Below are positions 62,517 to 64,000 of a stretch of DNA of 64,000 nt, piece by piece. Position 1 is the stretch's first letter. Every line of letters starts with the position of its first letter. The position numbers were made by a program, and so were the translations under genes. The notes beneath the pieces are model-generated. The model made no database searches. It was not told the DNA's origin and was given only the letters and a program-made list of their open reading frames with translations. This DNA comes from Dehalococcoidia bacterium (lineage in GTDB: Bacteria > Chloroflexota > Dehalococcoidia > Lucifugimonadales > UBA3495): the NCBI GenBank assembly GCA_965115955.1, contig OZ220473.1, positions 1,301,463 to 1,365,462 of the forward strand, written 5' to 3'.

Positions 62517-64000
62517 CTAATGCGGCTGCCCTGTCGGGTCGGCTTGCCTCTTGCGAGGTTCGGCTTGCGGCGGGAGCCGCTCTATGTTAAGCCATATCAG
62601 ATTAGTGCCGGGGTACAGGGTAGCGCCCTGGAACGCGACAGGATCGCCGTCGCTGATGACGACAAGGAGTATCTGCCCGCTCATAACCCCTTCCAGCGTG
62701 TTGAACGCCATGAACTCCGTGTCGGGAGCGTAGAAGCTCCACGCCTGCGTCACCGCGTCCAGATACCACACCCGCACCAGCCGGCCGCCCAGGCTGGCGA
62801 ACACCGCGGCGGGGTCTGCGTGCGGCGCCGCAACGGGCGTTGAAGATGGCGTCGGGGCGGGCGTCGGCGATAGCAATGGCGTGGGCGTCGGCGTCGGAGT
62901 CGGCTCTGGCAATTCTGGCAATAGAGTGGGGGTTGGCGCTGAAGCCCCTCTGTTTCCCTGAGTGGCGCTGGTGGGCGCGCTGGTGGGCGCGCTGGTCGTC
63001 GTAGTTTGGGCTGTGGTGGGCGTAGCCGACGGCGGAATGGGCGTGTTGGTAGGCGTATTGGTTGGAGTGGGCGTGTTGGTAGGCGTGTTGGTTGGGGTAG
63101 GCGTATTGGTAGGCGTGTTGGTAGGCGTATTGGTGGGCGTAGCCGTGGGCGTATTGCTTGGCGGCGTGGAGCTCACCGTGAAGGTGGTGGAGGTTCTGCC
63201 CTCCAGGTTCCCCGTTGATGGGTTGGGACCGCCGGGCCCGTGCCAGCTCCAGGTAACCGTGTGAGTCCCTACGCCCAGGTTGACGCAGGGGCTCAGGTTA
63301 ACGTTTCGACCGGTGGTGATGCCGGACACGCTGGTGGTTACAAAGACGCCGGTAGCGCCGTCGATCAGCGCTGCGTTGGCGGTTACCGCTGTCATGCCCT
63401 CCCGGGACTCCAGGTAAGTTACGCCCTTATGCTTGGCGGAAAGCAGATTGTAACAGGCCTGCACTGTGCTGCTGCCCTGGGTCAGGGTCAGATAATTGTC
63501 TGCACTCGATACCAGCAGCGGCGCCGCCTTCACCTCTACGGTTATGCTGTAAGCATTGTTTGCGGATGTTGTGCCGGAGAGGGTGTGTGAGCCGACGGTC
63601 AACGTTTCGGTTCTGGCTGGGTCGACGCCCTGGCTCAGGCGCACCCGGGCGGCGGGCCAGACGCCGGGCGGCAGGGTGACGGTTGCCTTGGTAGCTGAAT
63701 CTCGGACAGCCTGGAAACCGGTAGCAAGGCTTCTTACCGTAACTGCGGTGCCGGTAACGCTCCCAACGAGAATTTCGGCATGGGGTTCCGAAATCACGTT
63801 CACGGTCAGGTTGTAGGCGACAGATGCAGCAGTAGAGCCAGACACAGTATGCGTTCCGAGCAGCAGCGTTTTGAATTGTTCTGCTGCTCCGCCGCCTGAT
63901 ACATGGCCGGCGAAAAAGCGCAGCCGAACCGACGGCTGGTCCCTCGGGATGGTGACATTTACCGTTGCCCCAGAGTCAGAGAATGAGACTTGGTACCCTG
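62517..64000 (-). CDS. Paralogous secreted cell-surface protein; the 5' end lies beyond the window
   Basis: Near-identical nucleotide blocks are shared with 60459-62153 (63190-63560 vs 61130-61500; 63820-64000 vs 61770-61960). The tracked 'M' at 63845 is an internal GTG (Val). Confidence 0.7.
   Translation of the reverse strand, partial: GYQVSFSDSGATVNVTIPRDQPSVRLRFFAGHVSGGGAAEQFKTLLLGTHTVSGSTAASVAYNLTVNVISEPHAEILVGSVTGTAVTVRSLATGFQAVRDSATKATVTLPPGVWPAARVRLSQGVDPARTETLTVGSHTLSGTTSANNAYSITVEVKAAPLLVSSADNYLTLTQGSSTVQACYNLLSAKHKGVTYLESREGMTAVTANAALIDGATGVFVTTSVSGITTGRNVNLSPCVNLGVGTHTVTWSWHGPGGPNPSTGNLEGRTSTTFTVSSTPPSNTPTATPTNTPTNTPTNTPTPTNTPTNTPTPTNTPTNTPIPPSATPTTAQTTTTSAPTSAPTSATQGNRGASAPTPTLLPELPEPTPTPTPTPLLSPTPAPTPSSTPVAAPHADPAAVFASLGGRLVRVWYLDAVTQAWSFYAPDTEFMAFNTLEGVMSGQILLVVISDGDPVAFQGATLYPGTNLIWLNIERLPPQAEPRKRQADPTGQPH

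Overview
High-GC bacterial chromosomal segment. Gene content, GGAGG-type ribosome binding sites and a Trp T-box leader suggest a Chloroflexota-like aerobic heterotroph; this is inference only. Most of the window is ordinary metabolism: rhodanese, two Gfo/Idh/MocA paralogs, lepB, two hotdog-hydratase gene pairs, crotonase, cupin, PuuE-like allantoinase, quinone oxidoreductase, three SDRs, an HxlR-MFS pair, a glycoside hydrolase, a GT4 glycosyltransferase, purL, recF, a class V aminotransferase, glcDEF, a T-box-controlled trpE-G-D-C-F-B operon, tRNA-Pro(GGG) and an IscA-like gene. Accessory elements are embedded in this backbone. (1) A phage-derived fragment at the left edge (TerL, portal, MTase). 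(2) An orphan, translationally coupled operon encoding a GrpE-fusion protein and a divergent Hsp70-like ATPase (10334-13869). (3) A lower-GC type II R-M island (17197-18961). (4) A lower-GC island encoding a RecQ helicase-PRTase fusion, a DprA/SLOG protein and an NYN-LOTUS protein (25588-31211). (5) A degraded DUF3800 gene. (6) Two tandem, mosaic cell-surface protein genes with a 15-nt homopolymer in front of the first. Two genes carry an in-frame UGA exactly where a redox or catalytic Cys is expected, each followed by a stem-loop: a SelW-like CxxU protein missed by the ORF track, and a rhodanese with UGA at the catalytic Cys. There are three small repeat-spacer loci with CRISPR-like 27-29/32-33 nt geometry and no cas genes nearby, plus several short intergenic tandem repeats. 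The best candidates for an undescribed system are the GrpE-fusion/Hsp70-like pair and the RecQ-PRTase/DprA/NYN cluster. All functional calls come from reading motifs by eye, and no database search was possible.
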